Virus record (IMG/VR): IMGVR_UViG_3300023076_000007
Span: 1-27,945 of that record
Strand: one strand, 5' to 3'
Source of the DNA: a virus
Lineage: Duplodnaviria; Caudoviricetes
Length of the DNA: 27,945 nt
Under the pieces are notes generated by a model. The model did no database searches, had not been told where the DNA came from, and saw nothing but the letters and a program-made list of their open reading frames with translations. Made by a program: the position numbers and the translations under genes. Shown in pieces: positions 25,522 through 27,945 of the stretch (its first letter is position 1; every line of letters begins with the position of its first letter).

Positions 25522-26006
25522 TGCCATTCGTCAAAGTTGAAAGTGGAGTAGTGGTACAGAAGCAGCTGCAGCGGCAGACCGGTTTCATTGAGGTCGGTGA
25601 TGAAGTTTGCTGCGGCATGGTGAGTAAGCCAGGTGGTGTTTTCGTTGCTCCTGATCCGGATATCGAGACCGTAAGGGCGATTGTGCGTAATGATGTCAGG
25701 CAGGGTTATGAAACATCTTGTCTCTTGGCCGTCACTGCGTTAGGAATTTTCTGGGACGGTGGCTTTGAATCCGCAATCAAGCTGGACGCAGCACAGCGAT
25801 TAAATCAAGCAGCCAATCTGCCCGATGTAACCTTTTTCGATTCTGAAAACCAACCGCACCAGTTGTCTTTTGAGGATGCGCTTGAAGTGATTATCACGGT
25901 GGCTGCAACCTTCCAATATAAGCTGGCAAAAAAACAGGCTTTGATGCGCACAATTGATAGTGCTAGTGCTGAAGACCTGCTAGATATTGCTTGGGTGGAA
26001 GAATGA
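25521..26006 (+). CDS. Fibre-associated protein (DUF4376-like)
   Basis: TAATG coupling to the fibre; WDGGFES...FFDSENQPHQLS...IDSASAEDLLDIAW ending typical of fibre assembly proteins. Confidence 0.7.
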   Translation: MPFVKVESGVVVQKQLQRQTGFIEVGDEVCCGMVSKPGGVFVAPDPDIETVRAIVRNDVRQGYETSCLLAVTALGIFWDGGFESAIKLDAAQRLNQAANLPDVTFFDSENQPHQLSFEDALEVIITVAATFQYKLAKKQALMRTIDSASAEDLLDIAWVEE

Positions 26007-26485
26007 AGCCGGGCTGGATTACCGAGGCGGAAAAGTACATCGGCCTCAAGGAAGTGCCCGGTGCCGGCAATAATTCCACCATCCTGAAGTGGTGGAAAAT
26101 CATTAAACGGGGCGGCATTCAATCAGACGCGGTGCCGTGGTGCGCCGCCTTCGTCGGGGCCATGCTGGAAACTGCCGGCATCGCATCCAGCCGCTACGAA
26201 TCTGCAAAATCATATCTGACATGGGGAGCCATGATTACCGTGCCGGTGTACGGATGCGTGGTGGTATTCACGCGCGATGGCGGTGGTCACGTGGGATTCG
26301 TGGTGGGCGTGGATGAAAAGGGACGACTGATGGTGCTGGGAGGCAACCAAGGCGATACGGTCTCAATAGCGCCGTTCGAGCGGTCAAGGGTGGCAGGTTA
26401 TCGCTGGCCTGCCGGGGTTAACTTCATCCTGGAAGCGTTGCCGATTATGAACAGTGCTGCGGCCAGTTCAGCAAATGAAAAATAA
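26003..26485 (+). CDS. TIGR02594-family CHAP/NlpC-P60 peptidoglycan hydrolase (probable endolysin)
   Basis: PGWITEAEKYIGLKEVPG, PWCAAFV (Cys), GHVGFV (His), LGGNQ; ATG at 26003; adjacent to holin and spanins. Confidence 0.88.
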   Translation: MKPGWITEAEKYIGLKEVPGAGNNSTILKWWKIIKRGGIQSDAVPWCAAFVGAMLETAGIASSRYESAKSYLTWGAMITVPVYGCVVVFTRDGGGHVGFVVGVDEKGRLMVLGGNQGDTVSIAPFERSRVAGYRWPAGVNFILEALPIMNSAAASSANEK

Positions 26486-26500
26486 TTATGGGGATGCACT

Positions 26501-26863
26501 ATGGCTGCAGCGCTTGTCTTGTATTTTGGTGCAAACCTCGGGCCTATCATATGGGGTTTGCTGAACGTTCTCTATGCCATGACAGCCGGCGCGCTGGGCT
26601 ATCTATCACGCACCACATCACCTGAAGTAGACCTTGGCTTTAAACCACGTGTTTTCATTGTGCAAACTCTCGCTGCAGGCTTTGTTGGCTCTGTAGCGCT
26701 GATGCTTTGCATGTTGCTGGAGTGGAATGATTACGCCACCCTGGTGCTGGTCGGTTTTTTCGGTTGGATGGGCGCGCCGGCATCAATGGTGATCATTGAA
26801 AAATTCATCTACAACAAACTAGGGATTACAAAAGATGCTGACCTGCCTAAAACTGGTAATTAG
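26501..26863 (+). CDS. Holin
   Basis: 120 aa with 3-4 hydrophobic segments, GALGYL, AGFVG, GFFGWMGA, charged C-terminus; in the lysis cassette. Confidence 0.8.
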   Translation: MAAALVLYFGANLGPIIWGLLNVLYAMTAGALGYLSRTTSPEVDLGFKPRVFIVQTLAAGFVGSVALMLCMLLEWNDYATLVLVGFFGWMGAPASMVIIEKFIYNKLGITKDADLPKTGN

Positions 26864-27338
26864 TTCACCCAAGCTGCTATGGGGCTTCATCACTGGTAAG
26901 CCGCAATTGTTCCTGACTTACTTGATGCTCGGCGGGCTGATATGCCTCGGTGCTTTAGTGGCCGTCCAATGGGCTGACAACAAATTGCTGCAAGTCAAAG
27001 CCTCGGATACTGAAGTGAAAGCTGCAAAGCTGGAGACCTCATTGACCGGAGTTAAAGGCGACCTGCGCCAGCAGAAGGAAATCAACCAGGCGCAGGATGA
27101 GCAGATTAAGTCGCTCAAAGATCAACAAGAGTTGAACGAAAAGGCGTTAGAGAAAAATTCTGCCGATCTTGAAACCAACAAAACAAAGGTAAAAGTATAT
27201 GAACAGCGACTTGAAAAGCTCGAAAAAACCGACCCGGCATTTAAAGCACTTAGTGATACTCCTCTGCCTCCTGAGTACAGCCGCATGCTCAACGCTGACA
27301 AGCCCAAAGCCAGAACCCGAAATAAAGGTGGTCACTAA
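26835..27338 (+). CDS. i-spanin (Rz-like)
   Basis: N-terminal TM (LFLTYLMLGGLICLGALVAV), long coiled coil, DTPLPP near the C-terminus. Confidence 0.82.
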   Translation: MLTCLKLVISSPKLLWGFITGKPQLFLTYLMLGGLICLGALVAVQWADNKLLQVKASDTEVKAAKLETSLTGVKGDLRQQKEINQAQDEQIKSLKDQQELNEKALEKNSADLETNKTKVKVYEQRLEKLEKTDPAFKALSDTPLPPEYSRMLNADKPKARTRNKGGH

Positions 27339-27510
27339 ATACGAAAAGCCGGTACCGCCTTTGCCATTGATCGAGCAATGCGTGTTCCCGGATATCTACT
27401 ACCGGGTGGTAGGCGACGTGCTTAAAGCGCGCGATGCATACCAGCTGGCGCTGGAGCGTTGTTCCGATAAATTTAACAACCTGGTGGATTGGGCGCTGGG
27501 AAAGAAGTAG
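27199..27510 (+). CDS. o-spanin lipoprotein (Rz1-like), overlapping the i-spanin
   Basis: Hydrophobic LVILLCLLS plus lipobox-like TAAC, Pro-rich mature part, two further Cys; 140-nt overlap in another frame; exact start uncertain. Confidence 0.82.
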   Translation: MNSDLKSSKKPTRHLKHLVILLCLLSTAACSTLTSPKPEPEIKVVTKYEKPVPPLPLIEQCVFPDIYYRVVGDVLKARDAYQLALERCSDKFNNLVDWALGKK

Positions 27511-27515
27511 TAATA

Positions 27516-27650
27516 AAAGAGGGGCGACCTGGTGATGCGTCAACATCACCAAGCCCCTTTTCACACAGATCAAGCCTGTGAGCCAGGACTAGGCCCCTCA
27601 CCACGTCGACGCGGCGGTGGGAGCCTAGCACAATAATCTCAACATGAGAA
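27516..27650 (+). ncRNA. Candidate structured cis-regulatory RNA upstream of the methyltransferase
   Basis: Four consecutive stem-loops readable by eye (details in findings). Confidence 0.55.
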
Positions 27651-27663
27651 AGCTCACATCATT

Positions 27664-27945
27664 ATGCAAGCACTTCCCGTAATTCCCTGGATCGGTGGCA
27701 AACGCCGCCTGGCCGCTCAACTCATTCCCTTGTTTCCTCCTCATAGCTGCTACGTAGAAGTATTCTGCGGTGGCGCTGCCCTGTACTTTCTCCGGCCTGT
27801 ACCTGCCGAAACTGAAATCATCAACGACATTCATGGTGACCTGGTGCGCCTGTACCGGGTGCTTAAACATCACCTCCAGGAGTTCGTCCGCCAGTTTGAA
27901 TTCGCGTTAAGCAGCCGCGAGATATTCGAATGGGAAAAGATGACT
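27664..27945 (+). CDS. dam: DNA adenine methyltransferase, D12/Dam class, 3'-truncated
   Basis: Not in the track (no stop in window). Manual translation: MQALPVIPWIGGKRRLAAQLIPLFPPHSCYVEVFCGGAALYF...EIINDIHGDLVRLYRVLKHH, with the WxGGK motif, SAM-binding FxGG and IND. Confidence 0.93.
   Translation, partial: MQALPVIPWIGGKRRLAAQLIPLFPPHSCYVEVFCGGAALYFLRPVPAETEIINDIHGDLVRLYRVLKHHLQEFVRQFEFALSSREIFEWEKMT

Larger units (their letters stand above)
1..27945. mobile_element. Temperate HK97-like siphophage / prophage segment
   Basis: Ordered immunity, replication, Q, packaging, head, tail and lysis modules with no obvious frameshifts in core genes; both ends lie inside phage genes. Confidence 0.96.

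Noticed and set aside
27625-27873. 82-aa minus-strand ORF
   Set aside because: Antisense to the clearly recognisable methyltransferase starting at 27664.

Overview
The whole window is one contiguous segment of a temperate, cos-packaging, HK97-type siphophage or prophage of a Gram-negative host (it encodes spanins). Left to right it contains: the start of the early-left operon (minus strand, truncated at the edge); a lambda-like immunity region with TTAGCA-N2-TGCTAA operators at PL and PR, a short repressor lacking an S24 domain, Cro and a phage-186-type CII; a VapE-type replication ATPase followed by a symmetric iteron origin; small accessory ORFs; Q with PR' and tR'; the HNH/cos/TerS/TerL/portal/protease/capsid module; neck genes, tail tube, a chaperone with a -1 frameshift and tape measure; a very compact tail tip; a CHAP-type endolysin, holin and two spanins; and a truncated D12-class adenine methyltransferase behind a highly structured leader. 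No integrase or att site was seen. The most unusual parts are (1) a cassette in the rex position: two unannotated Pro/charge-rich micropeptide ORFs behind the repressor, facing a 3-TM membrane protein gene that the repressor transcript probably overlaps in antisense; (2) a DUF3800 moron and an SGNH-esterase protein inserted in the head cluster; (3) a membrane-anchor-like N-terminus on the major capsid protein; (4) the structured RNA upstream of the methylase. Family calls come from motif recognition and synteny only; no searches were run.
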